A stretch of 61,899 bases of DNA, filler included. It is 8 parts of 8 records of this genome, joined end to end, with 100 filler letters (N's around TTAATTAATTAA, not from the genome) between each part and the next. Parts side by side here need not be neighbours in the genome. Positions count along the whole stretch, not along the records: positions 20,569 to 33,001 come from SRR7504441_8253; 7 more parts are not named here. The stretch is one strand, 5' to 3'. A model generated the notes under the pieces. It was not told the origin of the DNA and searched no databases. It was given only the letters and a program-made list of their open reading frames with translations. Both the position numbers and the translations under genes were made by a program. Positions 21,537 to 33,101 of this stretch are shown here, piece by piece; position 1 is the first letter of the stretch, and each line of letters begins with the position of its first letter.

Positions 21537-24500
21537 ATGTCGAACGAGGGCCAGCTGCGGGTGGCGCTCCGGATCCGGCCCAAGCTGCCGGCTGAGCTGG
21601 CCCGCGGGAGCAAAGACTGCCTCAGCTTCACGCCGGGCGAGCCGCAGGTCCGGTCGACACTCGGGCCGCTGGGGCCAGCCCGGGGACAGGTGCTGCTCAA
21701 CGGCGGACATCCGTTCACCTACGACCACGTGTTCCGGCCGGAGGCCAGCCAGGAGCAGCTGTTCGAGCAGTGCGTGGCCCCGCTGATTGAAGGCTGCTTC
21801 AACGGGTACAACGCCACCATCCTGGCCTACGGGCAGACGGTTCCCGCTGCGGACGGCCCCGCTTATCCCGCGGGGGCAGGGCTCGGGGAAGACGTACACG
21901 ATGGGCTCGGGCGGCTCGGTGCTGGACAAGGACCCTGGGATCATCCCGCGGGTGATGGAGGAGATCTTCAAGCGGACGCACACACAGGAGGAGGAGGCGC
22001 GCAGCGTGGTGACCGTCTCGTTCCTGGAGCTGTACATGGAAGAGCTGCGCGACCTGCTGCACGCCCCGGGCCCGCTCGACGAGACCAAGCGGCCGGCGGT
22101 GTCAGTGCGCGAGAATGTGAACGGGCAGGTGGAGGTGTGCGGGGCCACAGAGCGCGTAGTGTGTAGCCTGGCCGAAATGGGCAACTGTTTGGCTGAAGGG
22201 AGCAAACAACGGACCACTAGCGCCACCAAGATGAATGACGAGTCGTCCCGGTCGCACGCTATCTTCACGATCGGGATCGAACAGCACCACGCCGACGGCG
22301 AGCTCACCACTTCGCACTTCCACTTGGTCGACTTGGCTGGCTCGGAGCGTGCAAAGCGAACCGAGGCAACAGGGCACCAATTCGATGAGGGAGTTACGAT
22401 CAACCAGAGCTTGTTCGCCTTGGGGAATGTGATCTCGGCACTCGGAGATGACGCCAAGCGGGCGATGAACGCCCACGTGCCGTACCGCGACTCCAAGCTC
22501 ACACGGATGCTGCAGGTTCGGTCGGGCTGTGACAAAGCGGCTGACCGGCGGGGGCAGAACTCGCTCGGAGGCAACTCTCGGACTGTGATGATTGCCTGTG
22601 TAAGCTGGGCACTCCGGCTAGCGCGTGACGATGATATTGTGCAGGTGAGTCCAGCGGACGACTCGTCAGCAGAGACTGAGAACACGCTCCGATACGCCAA
22701 CAGGGCCCGGAATATCAAGAACAAGCCGGTGAAGAACATGGACCCGCACAAGGCCCAGCTGGCCGGGCTCCGGAACCAGCTCAAGGACATGCAGGACGAG
22801 ATGGCCAAAATGCGCGAGGGCGGCGGTGGGCGGAGCGATGCAGAGCTGGTCGCCCAGATCCAGTTGCTCCAAAAGCAGTTGGATGACTCGCAGGGGAGCC
22901 TTGAGAGCGTCCGAACCGAACTGGTCCGGGCGCAGGCCGACAAGTCGCAAATGGAGCTGCTGCTGGAGCAGAGCGGGGTGGCAGCTGAGTCTGACGAAGC
23001 TGGTGAGAGCCTGGGAGTGATCGAGCGCTATGTGGAGAAGATTCAGCAGCAAGAGCTGATGATCGTCGAGCTTCAGGACCAGCTGGTGGGCGAAGATGAG
23101 GCGGAACAGCCTGAAGCCGAGCTCACGCAGGAGTGCGCTGAACGGGAGGCCAGTCTGAGTAAGATGGAGGCTGAGATGGCCACTCTTGAAGCAGCAATGA
23201 AGTCGACAGAGGACGAGATTGATACACTCAGCCATCCTGCCGGGATTAGCCTGGCCCAGTTCCAGGAGCTTGAGAAGGAGGTCAACAGTCTCCAGGCCGA
23301 GCGAGATGATCTGATTACTCAGCTGGACAAGAAGAAGCAGCTTCCAAACTCCGAGGAGCAGAAGAAGAGGCTTGAGCAGAAGGTGGCGCAGCTCGAAAAA
23401 CAAATGAAGGAGGCTCGCAAGAAGCAGGATGAATTCAAGCGAATGCAAAACCAGAAGGTCAACGCAGAGCGCAGGCTGCAAGAGGCTCGCAACGAGTTGG
23501 ATGTCATGAAGCAAAAGAAAGTGTCCCTATCCAAGAAGCTAGCGGATGATGCCAGCACGTTCCGGGAATGGAAGGCCACTCACAACCGCCAGGTGACCCA
23601 ACTCAAGCGCGAAAGCCAGAAGAAAGAATACGAGCTCTCCAAGATGAAAAGCATGCAACTTAAGACTGCAGCTGTGCTCAAGCGTAAGATGGAAGAGGTT
23701 GCCTCAGTCTCAAAGCGACTGAAGCAGATGAGCGCCGAGGTCTCTGCCGCCCGGAAAGCAAGCAAACCCATCAGTGGGAGCAGCCAGCCCGGCAACACCT
23801 CCAGCCAGGCTGTCAAGGCCAACCGGCGCAGCTGGCTGGAGAAGGAGGTGTCTCTGGCTTCCACGATGTTCACAGCCAAGCAAACCCTAGAAAAGGAGCT
23901 CCAGGAAAAGCAGTTGCAAATGCATGAGTTGGCTATGCTGAAACGTCAGGTGTTTGCCCTCAAGAAACGGGAGGCCCCCGAAGAGTCGATTGAGAGACTC
24001 GAGAACACAGTCAGCTCGATCGAAAAGCAGCTCGAGGCCAAGCAGGGCTCCATCCAAGAGCTGCAGAATGTGATCACGGCTGGTGCTGATGAGCCCGCGT
24101 CTCGCAGGTGGGATCATGTAAAGCAGCTGGATGAGGCGAGGATCTACCTCAAGATGATGTTCACACAGTTGGTGCAGAATTCAATCGAAACCAGACAGAT
24201 CAGAGACGACGCCAGCCACAAGCAAGAAGCAGCAGCAACAGTGGAGTGCGAACTCCGGTCGCAGATCGATCAAATGAATGAGTTGCTTGCACAGCGCGAC
24301 CAGCAGATTGCAGACCTCAAGAGCAAGGATCGGACCAGTGACGCGAGCCTCATGGAAATGGAAAAAATTGATAGAATCGCCTCCCGCGTCCGCCGACTCA
24401 GTGAGGCGCCAAAGAGTGAAGCTAATGCCAAAACCACACCGTCAGAAGATAGCACCAAGTGCAAGGAACTGGAGGAGCAACTGGTTGGGTTGCAGAAGAG

Positions 24501-25453
24501 CTACGAGAAATTGGAGGGCAAGTACAACGAAACATGCAAGGCGTTGAAGACTCAGCGCGAGGCAACAGTTGTCAGCAATAAATTCCTTCGTACCAAGCTG
24601 GAGGAGGCCAAGAAGGGTGACACCAAAAAGTGTGACGGCACGGATAAGCCCAAACCCAGCATGCCTTGGAATGCAAATCACCAAGCTCCCAAGCAGCAGC
24701 CGACTAATGCGACTACCGAAACGATTGCCAAGATCAAGATGAAGCCACCAGTCCCCACTATTAAGGAGCTCGGGCTGGTCAAAGATAGCAAGCCAGCCCC
24801 AGAGTCAGAGTCGGAGCTTGAATCCGAGTTTGAGGAAGAGAGCAGCGAGGCAAGCATTGGTACTGGCCCTGAGATGAGCCTTGTGTCAGGAGTATGATGA
24901 TGAGGAGGAGTATGAGCCCACTCCCAAGGCCAAGCTCAAGACTAAGCGCCGCGTGTCGGCTGAGTCAGCGCCAGCGGTCAGCATTATTCGTGCCTCGGCC
25001 TGACAATTGTGCCAGGAATCAAGTGAGCTCCAGATATCGAAGCTCAAGGTAGCTGAGCTGCGAGCTGAGTTGTCCAAGCGCGGTGTCTCTACTAAAGGTC
25101 GAGACTGCCAACCGACCTAGCTTGTTACTGAGCTCGATGGCAGGGCTCAAAGCGGAGCTGGTAGAGAAGCTCGAAAAGCTTGTGAACAAGGAAACTGAGG
25201 CAGAGACCACCGCAGAGCCTGTTGAGAGCGAGGCTGCTGAGTCACTGATGGTGGTCGGCACCCCCGCATCCGGTCAGAAGAAAGCAAGCGAAGAGCATAG
25301 TCAAGTCAAGAGCACAGTCAAGTTATTTAGCAAGGACTCGGCAGCCCAAAGAGGTGATCAGAGCCTTGTGGGCCGGCTTTTTAAAGGCCAAATGTGGTAG
25401 GTGCGCTCCTGGAGCTATCTTCTAACGTAGATGGTGAAGTCGAGTCTTCATGA
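21537..25453 (+). CDS. Kinesin-4 (KIF4/chromokinesin-like) with C-terminal SAP domain; multi-exon, 3' end uncertain (25453 or ~25520)
   Basis: Motor motifs LRVALRIRP, GYNATILAYGQT|GSGKTYTMG, MNDESSRSHAIF, LVDLAGSER and HVPYRDSKLTR; kinesin-4-like stalk (FREWK...QLKRE). Introns include 21648-21689, 21840-21879, 24850-24889 (GC), 24977-25015 and 25098-25143. Confidence 0.9.
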
Positions 25454-25665
25454 ATCTAGGTCAGCAGACAAGCTGAATGCGCTTCATGAGTTCTTGAAAT
25501 CTGTCAACCCAAAAATGTAGAGTAACACACACAAAGATTCCATCGATGACCAGTAATGCAAGAAGTCCGCGACACTATATTGTGAACAATAATTATACCG
25601 GTATAGCATTGCGGCAGAGATTTTACGATCATTAGATCAAATCAATAAACTAGTCAGTAGTCACA

Positions 25666-25950
25666 ATTAAAGTTGACATTAAAGTTGACACGACGTCTCG
25701 AATTCGTCCCTCGTGAAATTAATCGTCTGACACGAATTCGTCATGTATCGTCATTATCGTCATGAATGGTTACATGTACATTACATGTACATGATTGTAT
25801 GGACAATCATTCGCTGCAGATAACTGGTTTTAACGCATTGAAGCAGTTAGCTAGATGAGCTCGAGTATGCTCTCGCATGCTCTCGCTCACTCTTAGCTCA
25901 CTCTCGCTTGACATAGTCTACGTACTGATCGTACTAGGTCGTACTCGCCC
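25666..25950. repeat. Cluster of short tandem duplications in an intergenic spacer
   Basis: ATTAAAGTTGAC x2 (25666-25689), TATCGTCAT x2 (25746-25763), TTACATGTACA x2 (25770-25791), ATGCTCTCGC x2 (25867-25886). Confidence 0.8.
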
Positions 25951-26022
25951 ATGTGCGAGCAGTGCTCACGTATGTTGCTCTGGATCATTCTGCTACCCAG
26001 CCCTCCCCCAACACATCGTAGA

Positions 26023-29000
26023 TTAATCGTAGATGGCGTCTTCCTCTCTACTTGCTATCGATGCGAGGTATGATTCCCTCACTCCTCCGCTTGGCACATA
26101 GCTCGCAAATTTTCGGGCGAAGTCCAAGCAGCCTCGGCTAAAGAAGACCTCCAACAACTGGCTCACCAGCTGATCCGCTGTGATCGAGTTGGTCTTCCAA
26201 TCCCGGACTGTACGCCGGAATTGCTGGTACTGCGACGATCCAAGCAGACTCTTCGCCTCCTCAAGTACTTCCCTTTTCGATTGGCCCTTGCTATCTGAGG
26301 GTTCTTTGCCTACAGGCTCTGAAGAATTTGCAGGGCGCTTGGAGGGGCGCGACAACTCCCCATGACTGGGCTGGTCTGGCTTTAAGCAACCGGCTGTGGC
26401 AACTGGTCTCCTGTTGAGGTCTGCACCCACGGTCAACCTCAGCCCCAAACCCAACCCTCACCAGCAAGCCCATAACTACTTTGAACCAGGTGCCGTGAGG
26501 CACGTGGCGCAAGGCCCTTGATGCTTGCACTTTTATCGGTGGTGCGGTCCTGCAGAGCTATAATGCCCCAGCCTAGCTGCAGGCACCTCTTTCTGGTTTG
26601 AACTATGCATGTTTGTAGTCAGCTGGTTGAAGGGCATCTTGGACATGCTCGGGTTAGGAGCCTTGTAATCCCCTACCAGGAAGCCGCTACTGGCGTGTTC
26701 GCCACTTTGGTTTGAACTGGTTCGGGATGGTAATTTACGCTTGGTGGCAGGGCGCGGTCCTGCAGGGTCGGCAGAACGAGCAGGCTTGGACCTTTGTGTG
26801 GCAGGTGCATCAGCAGGGCCAAACCTGAAGCAACAAGCAAGCTCACACCCAGGCCAGGCTTCAGGCTCACTTGGCCCCAGCCTTCTTGTAGAACTGCACT
26901 AGCTGGGAAGTGGTCTTGCCAAATGAACCGCCCCTCTGCAGGTGTGGCTGCACCAGCCATTCATGCAAGGCCCAGGCCCGAACCCCTGACCTGGATCCAG
27001 CTACTCAGTTGCCCAACTGAATTAAATCGCGCGTCACAGAGTAGCACAGCACCTGGTCCAGCCATGAACATGCATGCAGGCTATCCAGGCAGGGATACCG
27101 TAGTCATCCTTGTGCCGAATCACTCGACCAATTGCCTGATTAACTGCCCTGGTTGCTTGCTGCATGTACCAAGTCTGTCCATTGAGCTGCCCGGCGCTCG
27201 AATGGTTGAAAGTGCGCGTCATGTACTGCTGCTTTGCCATCACTTTTGGGTCGGTTTTAGGCGGGTAAGGAATGCCAGTGAGCACCACAGCCCTTCCGTG
27301 CCGGTCTGCAAAGTCAATACCTTCGCTCACCTTGCCCCTGCATACAGCGAGCAGCATTGCGCCTTCAGGGTTGTGATCCACCTTGTACGCGAATGATTTC
27401 ATCACCTGGGACAGCTCTGAGGTCGACTTCGGCTCCACCACCACTTCTTTGAACCGATGTAGCCGCGACCAGATGTTATCCTTGCCAGGCGTGTCGCGCC
27501 AGTACTTGATGCAGCTGTGCATCACGCCGTAGGATGGGAAGAACACGAGCATACCGTCCGGGACGATCCGCGCCAAATTGGACAGCACCATCCCGAGCTC
27601 TTGCTTGTAATCGGCCGTGTCTCGGTGCTCATACGACGAGTTCAGCGTCCTATTGGTGGGTCCCATGCCCAGGATTCCAGCAAACAGCTGCTCACTTGGG
27701 TTGATCACGTGTGGGTTCTCAAGTTGCACATCAAATTGCACGCCCAACTCTAATGCAAGCGCGCTCATGGGCGAAAGCGTTCCGCTGGTTAGAACCACCT
27801 GGCGGCAGCACATCAGGGCCAGATCGGCCAGCCCTCGCGCTTACGCTGTTTGGTTGCTGCTCCAGGAGTCGTTTCATAGCAAACGATGGGCTGAGGCACC
27901 AGAGTGACAGAATGAACTTGAGCTCTTCTTGCCCCAGCGTGTCTTGCTTGACGCTCTTCTGTGCCCTGCTTTCTGCGGCCCGGAAGGCAGCAGCATCGCG
28001 AGAAATCATGACCTACACCATAGGCTAGCCTGCTATTGCCAGGATGGCTAACCTTGTACTTTGTGAGGTCCGATGCTGACTGGTATGCGAGCTTGATCAG
28101 CTGCCATCGAGGATCAGTCTAAAGCTGCCTGTACGAGGCCCTGACCTGCCGGAACATGCCAAGCGGAGAGGTCCTGTTGGTGTTCTCCTCGGGGCCGTTG
28201 GCTTGATTGAACTCATTGTGCGTTGCACACCTGGCTCGGCTCAACAGCCCCCTCCTTCCCCACACCCACTTTGTCTCCACAGCCTCGATTGCACGGATGG
28301 CTTGCGGATGCGTCTGTAAAGAGATATTCGCCTTGGTCAGAATTTGTGACAGCATGCCTCCATGCTCAGCCTGGCCTCCCGCTCGCCCCAGCTCAGCCAG
28401 GATTGCGGCCTGTTTGAAGGCGCCACGTTGATTCACTTCCCTAGAAAGCGCCTCCAGGTTAGATCGCAGCAACTTGAACATCGCCCGCTCCGCCTTCACC
28501 TGCCGGTCGGGTCACACCAGTGCAGGCGAGCCTGGCCTCACCTCGTCCGACCGCTGCTGTTCGCCCATCTTCTCTGCCTCAAGATGCTCACCTGTCTGCC
28601 GATCAGCCTGGGCTCTCACTAGCACGCACGCTCGGCCAGCCGTTCAGTAAACTCGACCTGCCTGATGCAGCTCCGCCACACCTGCCCCGACTGACCGGGC
28701 CGGCCCCGGGGGTCGCACCTCGGGCGAGAAGTCGATAGAGGAGGCATCGCAACACTGCGAATCCAGGTTGTGAGCCTCATCAAAGATGATCTGTCAGCCC
28801 GGCTCAGCTGCAGGCACCGCCTGTGGCCGACCAGATTATTCGGGACCAGCGCGAGGCCCTCCTGGGTGGATCCGTCTGTCAGATAGTTGTACGGCAGGAA
28901 AACAATATCAGCCGACTCGGCAGCGTGCCGCGAGAGGTAGTAAGGACACACCTAAGCACAGATGACGCCACCCGACCCCCTGCGGGGCGCACCTTCATCG

Positions 29001-29556
29001 ATTTGCCGAATCCCACGAGGTCCTCGATGTCCTTCACGTCTCGGTGCATCTCGGGGTTCTGTTGGACGGTGGGCTTGACGTTCCGATAGTACTGGCAGCC
29101 CTGCGCGCGCACCTTTGCCTGGCACTGCTGCTTCTGGACCGAACCCGGCAGCTGGGACACTTCCTCGTGCACGCACAGCTGCCGGCGCGAGCCTAGGGTG
29201 GCCACTTTGACGGTTCCGTTGGCGCTGGTCCGCTTGAGTTCCCGGACTACCTGGGAGATCTGCGAGTGAGTTCTGGAGGCGTACACGATCTTCGGGTGCG
29301 CGGCCGGCGCCCCCTGCGGCTGGCCCGGCACAATGATCTGTGGCCCAGAGGCCGCCAGGCGGGCCTTGCGCTGGGCCTGCCAGGCCGTGGCAGCCACGAG
29401 CAAGCAGAGCGTCTTGCCGGTGCCGGTCGGGCTCTCGAGCATTGCGTGCTTGCGCGTCTGGGCGGCCCGCAGGAACTGCTCCATGTACTGCAGCTGCGAC
29501 GGATAGGCCTCGAATGGGAAATCCAGCTGCACCCCCTGCAGCGTATACTCCGGCAT
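26023..29556 (-). CDS. RTEL1: Regulator of telomere elongation helicase 1 (XPD-family Fe-S helicase); multi-exon
   Basis: Motifs FPFEAYPSQ, ESPTGTGKTLCLL, YASRTHSQ, CPYY, IIFDEAHN, VVLTSGTLSP, AVCRGKVSEGIDF and QAIGRVIRHKDDYG; C-terminal harmonin-N-like helical domain (AKSLLGSSQYQQF...FASYVP). Confidence 0.9.
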
Positions 29557-29714
29557 CTCGCCGCGTCGCCCCCCCCAGCCGGTGCTCTGCTCCGATCTTG
29601 AATTGTTGAAAAATGCTCGTGGCACCACTATGCAGCTCTGGGGCGCTGAGCAGGCTGTGCGGGTGGCAACGATAGCCTGCAACGACTGTACTAGACAAGA
29701 GCCTAGCAGCTAGG

Positions 29715-32700
29715 ATGGGACTCGGTCCGAGCTCCGACTCGCAGCCGGACCCGCTCTCCCCCGAGCAGGTGTACACCACCAAAATGTATGAAGAGACTGT
29801 CGTGCTCCCCGGCTCGATCCACAAGCTGCTGACCGGAGAAAGCGAGTACACCCGCTGCCTCTTCCTGCTTGCCCGGCACGTCCTACAGCCGGCGCTCGAG
29901 CAACACCGCGCGGAGCTTAGTCCTCCGATGGAGCAGGTGTTCGCGGTGCTGCTGCGACTGACACACGAGCACCTGAGGCTGGCGAATGCTTTCTCGGCGT
30001 TCTCGATCTTGGAGTATCTGGAGTATAGTGACTCGGATATCAACGGGCACAGGCTGGGCCATTTACTCCTTTTGCTGGTCCCGTTGGTGAGTATCTACGA
30101 GAGTTACCTCCACTGCTTTCAGCAGCTCCGGCAGCCCATCACGCCTGACTCTGACCCATGGCTCTGCGATTACCTCACCCAGCGGTTCGCGCAGCCGAGT
30201 CACCTCATGCAGCTGCTGGTGCTGCCGCTCCAACGACTTAACCAGCTGGTGGACCGGATCCGTGAGGTGCTGCTGGTGATTCCCAACACGTATGCTGACT
30301 ACGGAGCGCTCCGACGGGCCTTCACTCAGCACATTATGCTGCAGAATATGGAGAACTGCGATCTTCTCAAGCAGGTTGCGGTGAGTGGGTTTCTCTGTAC
30401 GGAATCGGGAGGACAGATCGGGTTCCCCAGCGGCAAGCAGCCTGTGTGGGGGTGGGGGGGGGCGACCGGGGCACCGCTGCACGCCGGGGAGCTGCTGTGC
30501 CGTTCTAACTGTAACTGGCTCGTCTGGCGGCCAATGTGGGCTCTCCTCATGCGAAGCGGGCACCTTCTTTTTTACAGAGACGAGCGAGAGGTAGACTCGG
30601 AGCCTCCGATGGCGGTGGTGCAGCTATATCGCGCGTCGCTAGACTGCATCTCTCTGCCTCACAAAGAGTATGCCGTCAAGCTATGTAGCCCTGAGCGGGT
30701 ATACTATATTTCGTTCGAAACCAGCGAGCAGCAGAAGCACTGGTGTGGGCTGGTCCAACTCGAGCCCTCCGATGTTAATTTTGGCGCTGTACAGTTTACA
30801 AACACAGACATGGCCGAATGCGAGCTCAGACCGGCGGGAGGAGAGGCCGGCGAGATAACACCAACCATCAGCTTCTCCTCTCTCAACCTGGAGCCAGGCT
30901 GGCCGGACAGGTTGGACCCGGGCTGTGAGGAGCCAATCATAATGCAACAGGACGCGATGCTCTGGAGCCACTTGTCGGGGTCCCCGAACCCGGGGCTTGT
31001 GCTGCTATCCGGGTGGCGGCTTTGCTTCCAGCCAGCCAATCCAGCACTGGATGTGATTGCGGTGCCACTCAATCAGATCTCTAGCCTGAGGAGGACCAAT
31101 TCGGGTGTGGTCAACTGCCACTCGTTCCGTGTCTGCACGACCAACGGGCTGCAACTGTGCTTCGCGGAGCTTACCCGCCCGGAGGAGTTCTTCTATGCTG
31201 CGGAGACGCTCTGGCACGCCACACTCCAGTGCGAGTGGCACGCAGCCCAGCAGCAAGGGGCCGAGGCCAACCAGCACGCCGCTCAATGCTGGCTCGAGCG
31301 ACTGAGCCGGCTACGGGCTAAGGAAATGCGGGTGGTGCAGCTGACTGAGCAGGCGCGGAGCTGGTTTAAGCTGCCAGCGGACGAACAGCTGCTCTGTCGG
31401 TTCGGCTGCTCGTTGATCCACCGGATTGTGTTCACAGGACACATGTATATTACGAGCAGCTTCATCTGCTTCTGCTCGGCCCAATATGGCGAGAGGGTGG
31501 CGGTTGTGATTCCAAGGGACGCGGTGGAGGTCGAGAAATATGATACGATGATGCTGATGCCATGCGCAATTAGACTTACCACAGCGATAGGCGAATATTT
31601 ACTGGGCGACTTTGGCGACCGCGACAATGCGTATGAGACGCTGAAACGGCACGTGACGACTAGTTCAAGTGCCAACTTTGCAGATTCGGACCGGTCGCCG
31701 CGGGGGCTGACGGAGGGCGATACGAACAGTGCCGATACGGACACAGCGTACACTTGCATGGAGTCAGAGGCGTCAGGCGGCGCCACGGGCCACACTTCGC
31801 CTCAGGCGTCTGATAGCGACGACAGCATGGGCGCATGCAGGTCTCAACGCGTGAGTGAGAAGTCGACAGCACAGGAAGGCTCGCAGGAGGATGAAATGGG
31901 AATTCTGGTGGATGAATGCGGGTTTCTGTTGCCGCCGAAGCACAGGCAGCTGATCACGGCAGTGTGTGCGAGCGTGCAGGCGCAGCAGAGGCAGGTGTGG
32001 AGCCGACACCTGAAGCTCAACGGACGCGGCATAGAACTGGTACGGACCAAGTCGCTGGTGCAGCTGACACGTTACTGGGGTATACCGTTCGAGCTGCGCG
32101 GAATGGTCTGGGCCTCGTGCAGCGGAGCACTCAACTGGAGGCACACACATCGCGGCCGATACCTCGAGCTTTGCCAGCAGCAGCCTCCGGAAGAGGTGCA
32201 GGAGCAGATCAGGAAAGATCTGAACCGATCACTGCACACGCATGAGGACTTCGCCCGCCCGAACGCTCCAGGGCTTGCTAAGCTGCAGCGGGTGCTCAGC
32301 GCGTACGCTTGCTACAACCCGGCGCTGGGCTACTGTCAGGCGATGAACTTCCTGTGCGCGTTCCTGCTAGTGTTCATGGACGAAGAGCAGGCCTTTTGGA
32401 CCCTGTGCTGCATAGTGGAGCAACTGCTTCCCGACTATTTTACGTATGACCTGCTCGGCTCGCTAGTCGACTGTGCAGTATTTGAAGAGCTTGTGGGTGA
32501 CATGTTTCCGGCTACAGCCGAGTATCTAGAGGGGCTTCCGTTGTACCCAGTCTCACGCTGGTTCATGGGGTTGTTCCTGCACGTGATGCCTTACGCGACT
32601 GTGGCCAGGATATGGGACTGTTTCCTGTGCGAGGGCGCCACCGCACTGTTCAGAGTCGGGCTCGCGCTGTTCAAACTAAACGAGTCGGCCATCAGTTCCA

Positions 32701-32888
32701 ATACCGACCCGAATGAGTTTCTTCAGCGCGTGCAGCGGATGGCAGAGACGTGCTACGACAGCACAGAGGTCTTGCGAGTGGCGTTTGACGATCAACTGGC
32801 ACTGAGTAGCACTCGGATTCGAGACTTGCGGGCCCGGCACCGGGTGCGGTTGCTGCAGGAGCAAGGGCGTAGTTCACGAATATTGTAA
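29715..32888 (+). CDS. Rab-GAP TBC protein with N-terminal DH(RhoGEF)-like, PH and GRAM domains
   Basis: TBC motifs GIPFELRGMVW, IRKDLNRS and GYCQAMNF; GRAM FKLP...FGCSL...GHMYITSSFICF; PH WRPMWALL...LLFY; DH-like ESEY...LLVLPLQRL. Confidence 0.85.
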   Translation: MGLGPSSDSQPDPLSPEQVYTTKMYEETVVLPGSIHKLLTGESEYTRCLFLLARHVLQPALEQHRAELSPPMEQVFAVLLRLTHEHLRLANAFSAFSILEYLEYSDSDINGHRLGHLLLLLVPLVSIYESYLHCFQQLRQPITPDSDPWLCDYLTQRFAQPSHLMQLLVLPLQRLNQLVDRIREVLLVIPNTYADYGALRRAFTQHIMLQNMENCDLLKQVAVSGFLCTESGGQIGFPSGKQPVWGWGGATGAPLHAGELLCRSNCNWLVWRPMWALLMRSGHLLFYRDEREVDSEPPMAVVQLYRASLDCISLPHKEYAVKLCSPERVYYISFETSEQQKHWCGLVQLEPSDVNFGAVQFTNTDMAECELRPAGGEAGEITPTISFSSLNLEPGWPDRLDPGCEEPIIMQQDAMLWSHLSGSPNPGLVLLSGWRLCFQPANPALDVIAVPLNQISSLRRTNSGVVNCHSFRVCTTNGLQLCFAELTRPEEFFYAAETLWHATLQCEWHAAQQQGAEANQHAAQCWLERLSRLRAKEMRVVQLTEQARSWFKLPADEQLLCRFGCSLIHRIVFTGHMYITSSFICFCSAQYGERVAVVIPRDAVEVEKYDTMMLMPCAIRLTTAIGEYLLGDFGDRDNAYETLKRHVTTSSSANFADSDRSPRGLTEGDTNSADTDTAYTCMESEASGGATGHTSPQASDSDDSMGACRSQRVSEKSTAQEGSQEDEMGILVDECGFLLPPKHRQLITAVCASVQAQQRQVWSRHLKLNGRGIELVRTKSLVQLTRYWGIPFELRGMVWASCSGALNWRHTHRGRYLELCQQQPPEEVQEQIRKDLNRSLHTHEDFARPNAPGLAKLQRVLSAYACYNPALGYCQAMNFLCAFLLVFMDEEQAFWTLCCIVEQLLPDYFTYDLLGSLVDCAVFEELVGDMFPATAEYLEGLPLYPVSRWFMGLFLHVMPYATVARIWDCFLCEGATALFRVGLALFKLNESAISSNTDPNEFLQRVQRMAETCYDSTEVLRVAFDDQLALSSTRIRDLRARHRVRLLQEQGRSSRIL

Positions 32889-33001
32889 TACTGTAAGCAA
32901 AGAAGCAAGTTATGATATATTCCATCTTTCTAGTTCGTGGCTTTAGGAGCTAGAGTGTACTGGTACTAGGTATCATCTACCCGGATAGCACCGACCTGCT
33001 C

Positions 33002-33101
33002 NNNNNNNNNNNNNNNNNNNNNNNNNNNNNNNNNNNNNNNNNNNNTTAATTAATTAANNNNNNNNNNNNNNNNNNNNNNNNNNNNNNNNNNNNNNNNNNN
33101 N
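33002..33101. other. Artificial contig spacer
   Basis: N44-TTAATTAATTAA-N44. Confidence 0.99.

Noticed and set aside
21507..22943. Long antisense ORFs (also 435-1523, 15147-16199, 28952-30043) as overlapping genes
   Set aside because: They are shadow ORFs opposite real genes, expected from high GC and codon bias, and show no recognisable motifs.
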